A DNA stretch of 53,541 nucleotides, taken from positions 1 to 53,541 of the IMG/VR virus record IMGVR_UViG_3300002242_000923; one strand, 5' to 3'. This DNA is from a virus. Taxonomy: Duplodnaviria > Caudoviricetes. The notes under the pieces were generated by a model. That model was not told where the DNA came from. It saw nothing but the letters and a program-made list of their open reading frames with translations, and made no database searches. Both the position numbers and the translations under genes were made by a program. Shown one piece after another: positions 35,486-44,660 of the stretch. Every line of letters starts with the position of its first letter. The stretch's first letter is position 1.

Positions 35486-36049
35486 ATGAGCGGTAAGCAA
35501 TCAGACTTTAATCACCTAATGAATTACAATATAGATATTAGAGGTCGAACTATTTATTTAGATGATGAAATAAATGAAGATTCTGCTTCTTTATTTATAA
35601 AGTGTCTGAGATATTTAGACAAGACATCAGGTAACATAATTATAGTGTTAAATAGTCCAGGTGGGTGTGTTACTCAAGGGTTTGCTATATATGACGCTAT
35701 TAAACTTTGTAATAATGAAGTTGAGATTAAAGTTTTAGGTATGGCCATGAGTATAGCTAGTATTATTTTGCAAGCTGGAGATAAAAGATTAATGGCCCAA
35801 AATGCTAGATACATGATTCATGTAGGTGATATGGAAGTAGAAGGTCATTTTAAGAATGTTAAAAGAGCTGTAGCTGAAAATGAAGCAATGGATAAAATCT
35901 GTGTAGATATATATACAGAAAAAATTAAAGAAGTTAATCCAAATTATAAAAGAAGTCAAGTTCAAAAATTAATGGAGTTTGATACCTATATTTCGTCTCA
36001 AAGATGTTTAGAATTAGGATTGATTGATGAGATTGAAGAAGGTCACTGA
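35486..36049 (+). CDS. clpP: ClpP-family serine protease
   Basis: RTIYL, LNSPGG, GFAIYD, GMAMS (Ser), MIH (His), DTY (Asp), LGLIDEI; AGGAG RBS. Confidence 0.9.
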   Translation: MSGKQSDFNHLMNYNIDIRGRTIYLDDEINEDSASLFIKCLRYLDKTSGNIIIVLNSPGGCVTQGFAIYDAIKLCNNEVEIKVLGMAMSIASIILQAGDKRLMAQNARYMIHVGDMEVEGHFKNVKRAVAENEAMDKICVDIYTEKIKEVNPNYKRSQVQKLMEFDTYISSQRCLELGLIDEIEEGH

Positions 36050-36202
36050 TCTGGTAATTGCAATCGTTCAACTAATCCTTTCTCATATACTGATATATGT
36101 TCTTCAAAAATAACTCTAGTCCATCCAGATTTAGCCAAATTATCGCTATTAAATCCCAGTTTGTGAAGTACCATAAATAAAGAAAATGTTCTAGAGTATG
36201 TT

Positions 36203-36457
36203 CTACCTGTTCGGGCGTAGCCCAACTCTTTTTTCACATGCGGCATATAACCATCCATTCCAATTACTAGGCTGAGGAAAACTAAGTACATACTCAACTA
36301 ACTCATCATCGCATCTATTAATAAACTTATCCCAGTATTCTTGACTCACTTTTAATTGCAGATTACTGTGTACATCCTCAAGTTCGCCCATGTCAATTAA
36401 CTTTTGCAACCTACGATCAACTATATTTTGATTGCCGATTTTTCCTTTATTACTCAT
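36203..36457 (-). CDS. Hypothetical protein
   Basis: ATGA-type overlap with upstream gene. Confidence 0.55.
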   Translation of the reverse strand: MSNKGKIGNQNIVDRRLQKLIDMGELEDVHSNLQLKVSQEYWDKFINRCDDELVEYVLSFPQPSNWNGWLYAACEKRVGLRPNR

Positions 36458-37008
36458 AAGTGCCTCTCTACATCCTCTTTGTATCTTTTACGAAATACGG
36501 GCGTTCTGCTATGATAACACGTCCATGCTTCTTCTTTAAGGTATTTACACTGTTTTAACTTCTTTTTCATTAACATAAAGTGTTGATCTACAGAATATGC
36601 TATATCATTCTTTAATTTAACTGCATCTAACTTATATCTTCTTATTGTTTCAGCATGAAACTGAAATAAACCTATATCAGAAGAGCCTTTAACATACTTA
36701 AACGTTTCAACTCCATCTTTTTTTTCAAAAACAATAACAGTTTGTCGTCTGTTGATGTTTCTTAAACTAGTCTCTTGCATTGCAATAGCTACTGATAATA
36801 TTACATTTTTGATTTTATATTTGCGTGCTGATTTGTACATTAAATTAGATAAGTGCATAGCTTTTTTATATGGCATGTTAGGCTTAAGTGATTTAATTTT
36901 GCAGTAAATTTTATGTTTACGGCAATCTACTTCCTTACCCTCTGTTAAAGTAGAAATAAAAAGCATTGCCATAATTGCTATTGTTGTTGCTAAATTGCCT
37001 AATCTCAT
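36454..37008 (-). CDS. Lytic transglycosylase-like (SLT) protein with signal peptide
   Basis: Signal sequence; AIAMQETS catalytic Glu, DIGLFQ, CYHS. Confidence 0.75.
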   Translation of the reverse strand: MRLGNLATTIAIMAMLFISTLTEGKEVDCRKHKIYCKIKSLKPNMPYKKAMHLSNLMYKSARKYKIKNVILSVAIAMQETSLRNINRRQTVIVFEKKDGVETFKYVKGSSDIGLFQFHAETIRRYKLDAVKLKNDIAYSVDQHFMLMKKKLKQCKYLKEEAWTCYHSRTPVFRKRYKEDVERHL

Positions 37009-37034
37009 TTGATTCTCCCGTTTCTGAGGATAAA

Positions 37035-37045
37035 TCGATTCTGTT
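37035..37045 (-). promoter_or_regulatory. Phage-specific motif AACAGAATCGA
   Basis: Exact copy directly after a terminator, 27 nt upstream of start 37008. Confidence 0.8.
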
Positions 37046-37046
37046 C

Positions 37047-37089
37047 AAAAATAAAAGACCCTCATAGCTTATCTCTAGCTATGAGGGTC
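37047..37089 (-). terminator. Rho-independent terminator
   Basis: GACCCTCATAGCT/AGCTATGAGGGTC 13-bp stem plus T-rich tail. Confidence 0.9.
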
Positions 37090-37109
37090 ACAATGGAGGT
37101 ACAGTTTAA

Positions 37110-37640
37110 TTAAGCGTTTTCGCTTACTAAACTGTTCGCAAGATTTTGTAAGTGTGCAGGTAGTGCACTTGTGTTAATAGCTGCTAATTCTTTTTGCTTT
37201 CTTTTCTCTTTAGCAACTTTTACTTTAAGAGATGCTAATTCATTTTTTCTTGAGCCAATAGCTAAAACAACTTGCTCGTATTCTTCTGATCCTTCTGGAA
37301 AAGTCTTAAGTAACTTGTTAAGCTCAGAAATTTGAGAATCTCTTGAACCGCGTCCAGCTGACTGAGGAGTATAAGAGTTGCCTCCATTTAGCTCTTTAGA
37401 CTTTCTAAAGTGATTAGAAACCATACCAGACACATACTTACTAACTTCTTTGACGTCGCTAGTGTCTTTATTAAAAGTGACTGATCCATTTACAATACCA
37501 TCAACTATATTACTTTTAACTGCTGATAGTTGATCAGAGGTTAATTGACCTTTAGCAGGCAAACTTGGATCGAAACTTGAACCTAAAATAGATTTAACTT
37601 CGTTTACTACTGCTTCTTTTTGTGAAATTGCATTAGACAT
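37110..37640 (-). CDS. Hypothetical protein, own promoter and terminator
   Basis: AGGAG RBS; TATAAT at 37699-37694. Confidence 0.75.
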   Translation of the reverse strand: MSNAISQKEAVVNEVKSILGSSFDPSLPAKGQLTSDQLSAVKSNIVDGIVNGSVTFNKDTSDVKEVSKYVSGMVSNHFRKSKELNGGNSYTPQSAGRGSRDSQISELNKLLKTFPEGSEEYEQVVLAIGSRKNELASLKVKVAKEKRKQKELAAINTSALPAHLQNLANSLVSENA

Positions 37641-37699
37641 ATTTTCTCCTAAAACGTTTTAAAATTCACGTCATGTGAATCATTCATAATAATATTATA

Positions 37700-37924
37700 C
37701 TAAATTAAATTTGATTCAGTGTGATGATAGACGGGATAGCGTTTACCGTTGTGTGGCTCTCTAACAATTATAGTTTTAGACTTAGCATAAGGTATATCAA
37801 GTTTGTTAAGAAACCTCATCACTCTTCTTAGAGCACATAGTTCATCTAAATCTCCATCTGGTGGTAACATGTCTATGATAGTTGCCTTATTAGGCAAATA
37901 TAAAGCAGTTAATTTAGTAGCCAT
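37700..37924 (-). CDS. Hypothetical protein
   Basis: AAGGAG RBS before MATKL. Confidence 0.55.
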   Translation of the reverse strand: MATKLTALYLPNKATIIDMLPPDGDLDELCALRRVMRFLNKLDIPYAKSKTIIVREPHNGKRYPVYHHTESNLI

Positions 37925-38210
37925 AAGTGAACTCCTTTTTACCCGTTTGTTCAGATACACACGTTATTTTAATATATTCGTTAGGAAGAAATTGCCACTC
38001 ATAATCGAGCAACATTAACTTCTCATCTTTAGCGGCTTGATGTAATATACTGTATATAAACTTTGCTTTATTAACAATATTACTTGCGCCTAATGCGCCG
38101 AAGTATTCCCTAGTAACCAATCTATTGTCGAGAATATATTCCTTAAATTCTCCGAACATTCCAAACTCTAATAGTTTAGCTATACATTGCATTTTCTTAT
38201 TCATTTTCAT
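37914..38210 (-). CDS. Hypothetical protein
   Basis: Packed ORF. Confidence 0.6.
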   Translation of the reverse strand: MKMNKKMQCIAKLLEFGMFGEFKEYILDNRLVTREYFGALGASNIVNKAKFIYSILHQAAKDEKLMLLDYEWQFLPNEYIKITCVSEQTGKKEFTYGY

Positions 38211-38532
38211 CTCTATACCACTCGTCTACTGTTTGAATAGTTGGCGGATATAACACACCTCTTTCAATAAAATTACTTATATCAAATTCGCGAGAACCTA
38301 TTTTAATCATATCACCTTGCCAACACCAAGTTCTATTGCGAGCATCTAACATACCTAATTTACTTAACATGTTAGCTATTCTACTTCTTGATTCAAGTTT
38401 CTTTTTACTTTGCATAAATTCAATCTTGAGTTGATCTTTAGTTCCATTATATATCATAGGTTTTGTATATTCTGCATAATCATCGTATTCACCTGTTGAA
38501 TATTCTATTACATACCTATTCATTTTCACCAT
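38197..38532 (-). CDS. Hypothetical protein
   Basis: Packed ORF. Confidence 0.6.
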   Translation of the reverse strand: MVKMNRYVIEYSTGEYDDYAEYTKPMIYNGTKDQLKIEFMQSKKKLESRSRIANMLSKLGMLDARNRTWCWQGDMIKIGSREFDISNFIERGVLYPPTIQTVDEWYRDENE

Positions 38533-38734
38533 CCAGCGTATAAACTACTAACTCATGTTTTGCCATAACCATTCTATCTACTTTAGGAAATACATCTATG
38601 TTAGATAGTATATTTATCATGCTTGCTAATCTAGCTACTTGAATCATAAACTTTCTTTTATTTGATTCTTTAAGTTGTATTCTTATCATTCCATAGTTTC
38701 CATAATATGTGCTTTTTTCACAAGTGCTTTCCAT
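38516..38734 (-). CDS. Hypothetical protein
   Basis: Packed ORF. Confidence 0.5.
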   Translation of the reverse strand: MESTCEKSTYYGNYGMIRIQLKESNKRKFMIQVARLASMINILSNIDVFPKVDRMVMAKHELVVYTLDGENE

Positions 38735-38829
38735 AAATAAAATGCGTCTATTCCGTTTAATATCCCTAATTTTTTTATCATTAAAGTAAAAGCCTTTAAT
38801 GATACATAATGTCCTGTCATTTATACCTC

Positions 38830-40083
38830 TTATATCGTATCTTTATCTTGTCTCCATCTCATAAATATTGGAAATCTCATTATGCCATCAGTCGTTTTTT
38901 CTTGATATTTTATTTCCATAACTTTATTATGCCATTTTTCAGGAGCTAGCATATAATGTTCCCTATCTTCATCTGAGTATCCAGAACCACACCTACACTC
39001 TAATCCATTCTCTTGCTTAACAATAAATCCACCTAATTTACCTTCCAATCTAGTTCCGGGCTTACCTTCAAAATGACCAACAACAACACAATCTTCAGAT
39101 ATCATAGTTTTAAACTTAAGTAACTTATTTGATTTTTTACCTAAGTAATAAGGGATATCAGGGAGTGCCATAGCGCCTTCAAATCCTTGAGTTAAATATT
39201 GTTGTTCCATTTTTAAAACCAAATCCATGGAGTTAACAAAAGTATGCTGAACAACCAAAATATTCTCATCAAATGACTTTGCTAATTTATATAGTTCAGT
39301 TATTCTGCTCATTGTATTCATTTTAAATATCTTAGCGGTCCATTCATTGTATGGCACATATCCGAACACATGGTACTTCACATCTCCCACTGTTGTTCCT
39401 CGCTTATTGGCAAAAGCTGACTTTTGCATAGACTGAAAATCATCTGACATAATTTCCCCATCAAATATATATTGACCTTGAGGAAAACAGTTAGATAGTG
39501 ACTCAGTTATTATCTGGAAATTATCATATACAGTTCCGTTTCTTGATAAAAGTGTTACTGCTCCATTATTTACTATAGCCAAACATCTATATCCGTCGTA
39601 TTTAGGGGTGACGAAAACCCCTTTCTCTACTATTTCCTTTACTTTCTTGCATGTCTTGCCGTCTTTAGCCAGCATTACGTCAAATAAAGGAATATTATTA
39701 AATCCAGCTTTAACTGCTGTTTTAGCAGAGAAGCCTGCTTTTAAATCTTTTCTAAGTATTTTAGCATACCATTCTTGTTGAAAAGCAGTACAACTAGACA
39801 TAAAACTTTCAACGGCAATTTTAGCTGTATTTCCCGTTATTGTTCTAGTTTCTAGTTTCTGTAACAATCCCATAAAATTAATATGTTGGTTAATCTTAAT
39901 GCTGTTATTGATTAATGGTTCTGGCATTTCAAACTTGTTAACCCAAAACCTACGATTATAATTAAAAGTAGCATCTAATAACTCTGCTAACTCCGCATTA
40001 TTAGTGTTCTCTTTTAAAATATTTAACTTGTCATTCTTGCCCGACACTGCAGCTACACGACTCAAAACATTTAATGCCAACAT
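38830..40083 (-). CDS. ATP-dependent DNA ligase
   Basis: PKYDGYR motif I, FDGEI, FEGAM, LLKFK, CGSGYSD, RFPIF..R.DK. Confidence 0.95.
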   Translation of the reverse strand: MLALNVLSRVAAVSGKNDKLNILKENTNNAELAELLDATFNYNRRFWVNKFEMPEPLINNSIKINQHINFMGLLQKLETRTITGNTAKIAVESFMSSCTAFQQEWYAKILRKDLKAGFSAKTAVKAGFNNIPLFDVMLAKDGKTCKKVKEIVEKGVFVTPKYDGYRCLAIVNNGAVTLLSRNGTVYDNFQIITESLSNCFPQGQYIFDGEIMSDDFQSMQKSAFANKRGTTVGDVKYHVFGYVPYNEWTAKIFKMNTMSRITELYKLAKSFDENILVVQHTFVNSMDLVLKMEQQYLTQGFEGAMALPDIPYYLGKKSNKLLKFKTMISEDCVVVGHFEGKPGTRLEGKLGGFIVKQENGLECRCGSGYSDEDREHYMLAPEKWHNKVMEIKYQEKTTDGIMRFPIFMRWRQDKDTI

Positions 40084-40096
40084 GTTACCCCCTGTA

Positions 40097-40927
40097 TTAT
40101 TTTTTTGGTCTTTTCATGCCTGATCTGTTGAACATGCCAATTATAGGACTAAACATTGCACCTGTTATAGGGACGCTGGAATTAATACCTACAACTAAAC
40201 CGTGTTCATTAAGTATTGGACCTCCACTCATTCCTTTAATTAAAAGTCCATATCCGTATAGCATAAAATTAATATTTGTTATATAGGTAATATCTATACA
40301 CACTGGTGGAAGTAATCCACCAGCAAAACCACACGATCTAAGCTTATCAGCAAAGTTAACGTCAAATCCAGAAGCTAATCTTAATTTGTTAAAACCACTA
40401 AAATCACCCTTTAATATAGCATAGTCTCTAGCATTAGTATTTTTATATAGTGCTATTGCTGTAACTTTAGTGTCTTCTCCATACATATTAAACACCTTTA
40501 ATACATCTATTTTTTTATTCTTTGCTTTATTGTAAGCTGCAACTTCAGCATTATATTTTGCTTTATATTCATTGTACATTCTTTTGCAATAAGGTCCAAT
40601 ACATGTTGTCTTTATTTTATGAAGCATCAATATTGCTTTTCTTTGTATTTCTTCTGAGTTTTTCATTAACTGTTTATAGGTTGTATCCATAAAATACTTA
40701 GTGACATCTACACAATGACCTGCTGTAACGGCTCTATTATCATCAATGACAAACGCCGAACAGTTGTACCCATTGTTGTTTTTTATTTGAATAATAGCAT
40801 GATGCTTATCATTGACTGGGTGAGTAATATCGTACTTATATTCTGGTGCGTTTAAGTATAGGGCAAATGCTAACATTGCTGCTATTGTCAGTGTTAACTT
40901 GATTACATTCTTCTTATTCATCCACAA
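40097..40927 (-). CDS. Trypsin-like serine protease, N-terminal membrane anchor/signal
   Basis: TAGHC, DYAIL, GMSGGP catalytic triad; helical insertion. Confidence 0.85.
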   Translation of the reverse strand: MWMNKKNVIKLTLTIAAMLAFALYLNAPEYKYDITHPVNDKHHAIIQIKNNNGYNCSAFVIDDNRAVTAGHCVDVTKYFMDTTYKQLMKNSEEIQRKAILMLHKIKTTCIGPYCKRMYNEYKAKYNAEVAAYNKAKNKKIDVLKVFNMYGEDTKVTAIALYKNTNARDYAILKGDFSGFNKLRLASGFDVNFADKLRSCGFAGGLLPPVCIDITYITNINFMLYGYGLLIKGMSGGPILNEHGLVVGINSSVPITGAMFSPIIGMFNRSGMKRPKK

Positions 40928-41135
40928 CTCCCTGTTCGAGACTTAAATAGCTTAATGCCTTCTTTAAGATTGCTTGTTGACTTTCTGTATTGTCATCTTT
41001 AAGCAAAATTTTGACAGCACTTATACACTCAGAAATTGATAAACCTTTACTTTTAAGCTTAGAGATGGTAGTATAAGCCTTTGTTTTCTCATACTTTTGG
41101 TTTTTACTTATTATTCTTTGTGATTCATATCTCAT
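40914..41135 (-). CDS. Hypothetical protein
   Basis: GGAG RBS. Confidence 0.55.
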   Translation of the reverse strand: MRYESQRIISKNQKYEKTKAYTTISKLKSKGLSISECISAVKILLKDDNTESQQAILKKALSYLSLEQGVVDE

Positions 41136-41184
41136 TAATATATCTCCATTTATTTATACCCGTAAATTGTGGTATAATAGTCAT

Positions 41185-41550
41185 ATGACTGATGAAAAAG
41201 AAAGAGACCACCTAAATGATATGGTTATAGAATATGCACCACTAATCAATATGCATGTTTCTAAATTTAAAAAGGCAGGATTGCCTCCGCACGTAACAGC
41301 TGAAGACCTTTATTCTCATGGAGTTCATGGTCTTATAGATGCTTTCCACAAATATGACCCTAAAAGAGGAACAGATTTTTCATCTCATGCCTCTCAAAGA
41401 ATCAAAGGTAAAATGCTAGATCACATTACATCTAGCGGTGGTGTTGATAACTATCATTACAAGCAAGCTAAGAAGTTTGCTCCTGAAACGCCCGAAACAC
41501 CTGAAGTACCTAAAGTACCTAACAATTCAGGATCTTCAGAAGATTTCTAA
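41185..41550 (+). CDS. FliA/WhiG-like sigma factor fragment (region 2 only), probably leaderless
   Basis: EYAPLI, EDLYSHGVHGLIDAFHKYDPKRGTDFSSHASQRIKGKMLD; TGGTATAAT 6 nt before ATG. Confidence 0.8.
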   Translation: MTDEKERDHLNDMVIEYAPLINMHVSKFKKAGLPPHVTAEDLYSHGVHGLIDAFHKYDPKRGTDFSSHASQRIKGKMLDHITSSGGVDNYHYKQAKKFAPETPETPEVPKVPNNSGSSEDF

Positions 41551-41558
41551 CAACAAAC

Positions 41559-41909
41559 TTATTTTTTTTCTAATGTATCAGCTTCGCTTGACGATAAAGT
41601 CTCTTTTAAATCTTTATCAAACTGTAGATCAAATACTACTTCTTCAGCTGCTTTCTTAGGAGCATCCCATAAACTATCTTTGAAAGATTCATGCTCGCAG
41701 TCAAGAATCCACTTGCAAATCTCTAATTTAACCTCTAATTGATTCTCATAAGAACTTTCTTTGATAAAGTCTTCTAATGCAGACTCAAGACCTTCAGAAC
41801 TTGGAACTCCAAAATGCCCACAATATTTTCTGACATTAACACAGTCATCTGCTGAAATTGTAACTACGTTTTGTACATCATCTGTTTTATTTTCTTTACT
41901 CATATTCAT
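41559..41909 (-). CDS. Hypothetical acidic protein
   Basis: AGGAGG RBS. Confidence 0.7.
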   Translation of the reverse strand: MNMSKENKTDDVQNVVTISADDCVNVRKYCGHFGVPSSEGLESALEDFIKESSYENQLEVKLEICKWILDCEHESFKDSLWDAPKKAAEEVVFDLQFDKDLKETLSSSEADTLEKK

Positions 41910-41925
41910 TCCTCCTACAGTAATA

Positions 41926-41936
41926 TCGATTCTGTT
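41926..41936 (-). promoter_or_regulatory. Phage-specific motif AACAGAATCGA
   Basis: Exact copy, intergenic. Confidence 0.75.
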
Positions 41937-42599
41937 TTATTTTTTCTTTGTCGCTTTCTTTTTAGTTACTTTTTTGGTAACTCTCTTTTTAGATTCAGTT
42001 TTGGGTGGTGATTTGTATTTCTTTTCAGGTGCAACTTCTACTGAGTACATAACAACTGGCTTAATATGAGGCATACCTACAAAGTCTATAATGCCAATTT
42101 CTAATGCGTCTTTAGCTGATAAATACATATCTCTTGCTTCGTCATCATCCTTATGTAAACGTTTTTTCATTTCATCTTTAAATTGTTTAATAGTCTTTCC
42201 ACATCTTTTGGCAATTACTTCCATAAGTTGCTTATTTAATCTCTTAGATTCATTTACGTCATTCTGTAAGCCCTCAATTGGACCGCCTACTCCAGAAGAA
42301 CCTTGGTGAACCATAACCCTAGACTTGCGACCACAGAATCTATAATCACCTGCTGCTAACAGCACAGCTCCACAGCTCATAGCTTTTCCTATACAAACTG
42401 TAATAATTTCATTAGGAACTTGTTCCATTGTTTCTAACATGCTGTTTAATGAATCAATGTAACCACCGTAAGAGTCGATATAGACTAAAATAGGTTGATT
42501 TGAGTCTTGCGTTGCTCTATGGATAACTTTCTTTCTAAAACTCTTTGCTGATTCTTCAGTAAACTTATTAACCATTATTTCATCATTATGATCACTCAT
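41937..42599 (-). CDS. clpP: ClpP-family serine protease with Lys-rich C-terminal tail
   Basis: YIDSYGG, GKAMSCG (Ser), MVHQ (His), RDMY (Asp), GIIDF; AAGGAG RBS at start 42599. Confidence 0.9.
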   Translation of the reverse strand: MSDHNDEIMVNKFTEESAKSFRKKVIHRATQDSNQPILVYIDSYGGYIDSLNSMLETMEQVPNEIITVCIGKAMSCGAVLLAAGDYRFCGRKSRVMVHQGSSGVGGPIEGLQNDVNESKRLNKQLMEVIAKRCGKTIKQFKDEMKKRLHKDDDEARDMYLSAKDALEIGIIDFVGMPHIKPVVMYSVEVAPEKKYKSPPKTESKKRVTKKVTKKKATKKK

Positions 42600-42694
42600 G
42601 TTTACTCCTTTAAATAAGAAAATCTGCACTTTCAAAATAGATTAATTCTTACTCGTGCAGACGAATTGAGAAGAATCGTATTGTTACAAATCTT

Positions 42695-42705
42695 TCGATT
42701 CTGTT
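42695..42705 (-). promoter_or_regulatory. Phage-specific motif AACAGAATCGA
   Basis: Exact copy 96 nt upstream of clpP. Confidence 0.75.
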
Positions 42706-42794
42706 TAAGTTATTCTACGTTCAAATAATAAAACACATTATATAAATCAGTTTTTATGTTCATATTAACTTGTACTAATATGCCTTGACGATCC

Positions 42795-43076
42795 TCATGA
42801 CACTGCCACCGTGTTAACCTCGATAACAGTTTGCCTTAAAGACATAACATCATCACCTTGAAAGATGAATAATGGCATATTATCATGCGGTAATCTTAAT
42901 TGACACTTAATATCTTTATCTCCAAACTCAAGTAAATACTTACCTACATTAAAGCTTTGATCTTTTGCAGGGTTAGTATCTAGAACATTTATTGCACCTC
43001 TTTTAAAGATAATGCTCTGAACATACTCTAAGTTAGACTTAGGTATTGGAAACAACCATTTAAACACACTATTCAT
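42795..43076 (-). CDS. Hypothetical protein
   Basis: AAGGTG RBS; TATAAT at 43092-43087. Confidence 0.6.
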   Translation of the reverse strand: MNSVFKWLFPIPKSNLEYVQSIIFKRGAINVLDTNPAKDQSFNVGKYLLEFGDKDIKCQLRLPHDNMPLFIFQGDDVMSLRQTVIEVNTVAVS

Positions 43077-43205
43077 TTTTCACCTTATTATACTTTTTCG
43101 CCCAATATATAGCGATTGCATGTAGTTTACTAATATCTAATAAACTTAATTCATTTAAAATTATAGCCAAATACATAGTACTTTCTAATTCATGTTTCTT
43201 TTTTG

Positions 43206-43910
43206 TTAAACCCAACCTGCTGCCTTTGAAATAATAGGAAGTTTCTTGATGAATTGTAACTTTATTGCTTCCGCTATATCTCTATGCTCCTTCTGAGTAG
43301 ATGGATCTGATCTTAGGTTAATATAGTGAACCCATGATCTTAATGTTCCATTCATAAAGAGTCTTGTTTGAGCCTGTAAAGGCAGTACTGCACGAGCACA
43401 TTCTTTTGCAATCTTATTATCTAAAGCCCATTTATAGTTTTCAAAGCTTTGTTTCCAATTTTCTAATTGACGTTTCTCCCATTCGACTTTAATTTCAGGG
43501 GCAATATCGTCAATTGAGTTTTGTCTGTTTTTATCATCTTGTCTACGGGCTGCATAAATCTCAATACCGTTATTAGCAACAGCAGAGTATCTCTGGCTAA
43601 ACTCTTGAAAGTTAAATGATCTATGTCTTAAGATTTGAGGAGCTATCATTCTTGTGGTTTTAATCTCAAATCCTATATTTCCCATCTCTAGGATACTCCA
43701 ATGCCCGTGATTCATGCAATATTTAATTAGTCCTGCATGGTTGGGATTCTTTTGGTTAGAAGAACTAACCCTTGCTATATAAGCTATCAGACCTTCTAAG
43801 TCTTGTACGCCTTCAATAAATTCAAGGCTATTACTACCTTTAGCTTCTTTCATTAACTTATATAAGTAACTGTCATCAATCTTTGTTTCTGATACTAGGT
43901 TTACTTCCAT
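43206..43910 (-). CDS. thyX: Flavin-dependent thymidylate synthase
   Basis: ARVS, HWSILE, QILRHRSFNFQEFSQRY, ECARAVLP, TQKEHR. Confidence 0.95.
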   Translation of the reverse strand: MEVNLVSETKIDDSYLYKLMKEAKGSNSLEFIEGVQDLEGLIAYIARVSSSNQKNPNHAGLIKYCMNHGHWSILEMGNIGFEIKTTRMIAPQILRHRSFNFQEFSQRYSAVANNGIEIYAARRQDDKNRQNSIDDIAPEIKVEWEKRQLENWKQSFENYKWALDNKIAKECARAVLPLQAQTRLFMNGTLRSWVHYINLRSDPSTQKEHRDIAEAIKLQFIKKLPIISKAAGWV

Positions 43911-44140
43911 GTTTACTCCAATATTCTAATAAATTATGTCTATTTTCCCAATCAACTATATCTAAATGTACTAATAAAAAAACAAATTCAAATGCTCTCT
44001 TATTGTCTTGCCAATGACTGCTCATTTTAACTAATCTTCTAGACAATTAGCGTCTTTCGCATCGCTAATATCACTCATGAATATATCTTGGAAGAATTTC
44101 ATAATCTCTTCTTCACTCATTCCATCAAAATCATCCATAC

Positions 44141-44485
44141 TTAAGGCCATCGTTTTCTCTCCACCATATTGAGCATTAACTCAATTGATTTTATTGCTTC
44201 TCTTTTAATTCTAATTTTACGCGTCATATACGTATCTATAGCTGAAACTAATACTGTAATAAAGGCATATAGGGATACACCTAATAGTGTGTATTGTACA
44301 AAACTTAAGTCAAAGCATAAGGAAAGTCCCATAGTGATACCATTGATAATAAGAAATAGCGAAGTTGATAATCCATCAACTGTGCATATTCCACTAAAAA
44401 AATAAGTTGCTGTTTGCTTCATAAATTTACACTCCCAACGCCTTTTCAGGATATGATATAGGCTAAACTTTTTCCAACCTTTCAT
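44141..44485 (-). CDS. Membrane protein
   Basis: Two hydrophobic segments; likely start MKQT after GGGAG. Confidence 0.55.
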   Translation of the reverse strand: MKGWKKFSLYHILKRRWECKFMKQTATYFFSGICTVDGLSTSLFLIINGITMGLSLCFDLSFVQYTLLGVSLYAFITVLVSAIDTYMTRKIRIKREAIKSIELMLNMVERKRWP

Positions 44486-44660
44486 TTTTTCAACCTCGTA
44501 TAAAAAGAATTGTCTAGTACTGTTCTTATCTTACTCTTTTAGAGTTAATCTTTTTAAATTGTAATATACATCTACTACTTCTCTTGTCCAATTGTCATCG
44601 TATTCATCTAATATATTTAAACATACTAACAATATGCCTACATCTAAAAGTAATTCAACA

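Noticed and set aside
35459-36049. ClpP as the prohead protease
   Set aside because: Far from the head module and K/SPO1-type heads use a different protease, usually upstream of the scaffold gene (outside this window); not fully excluded
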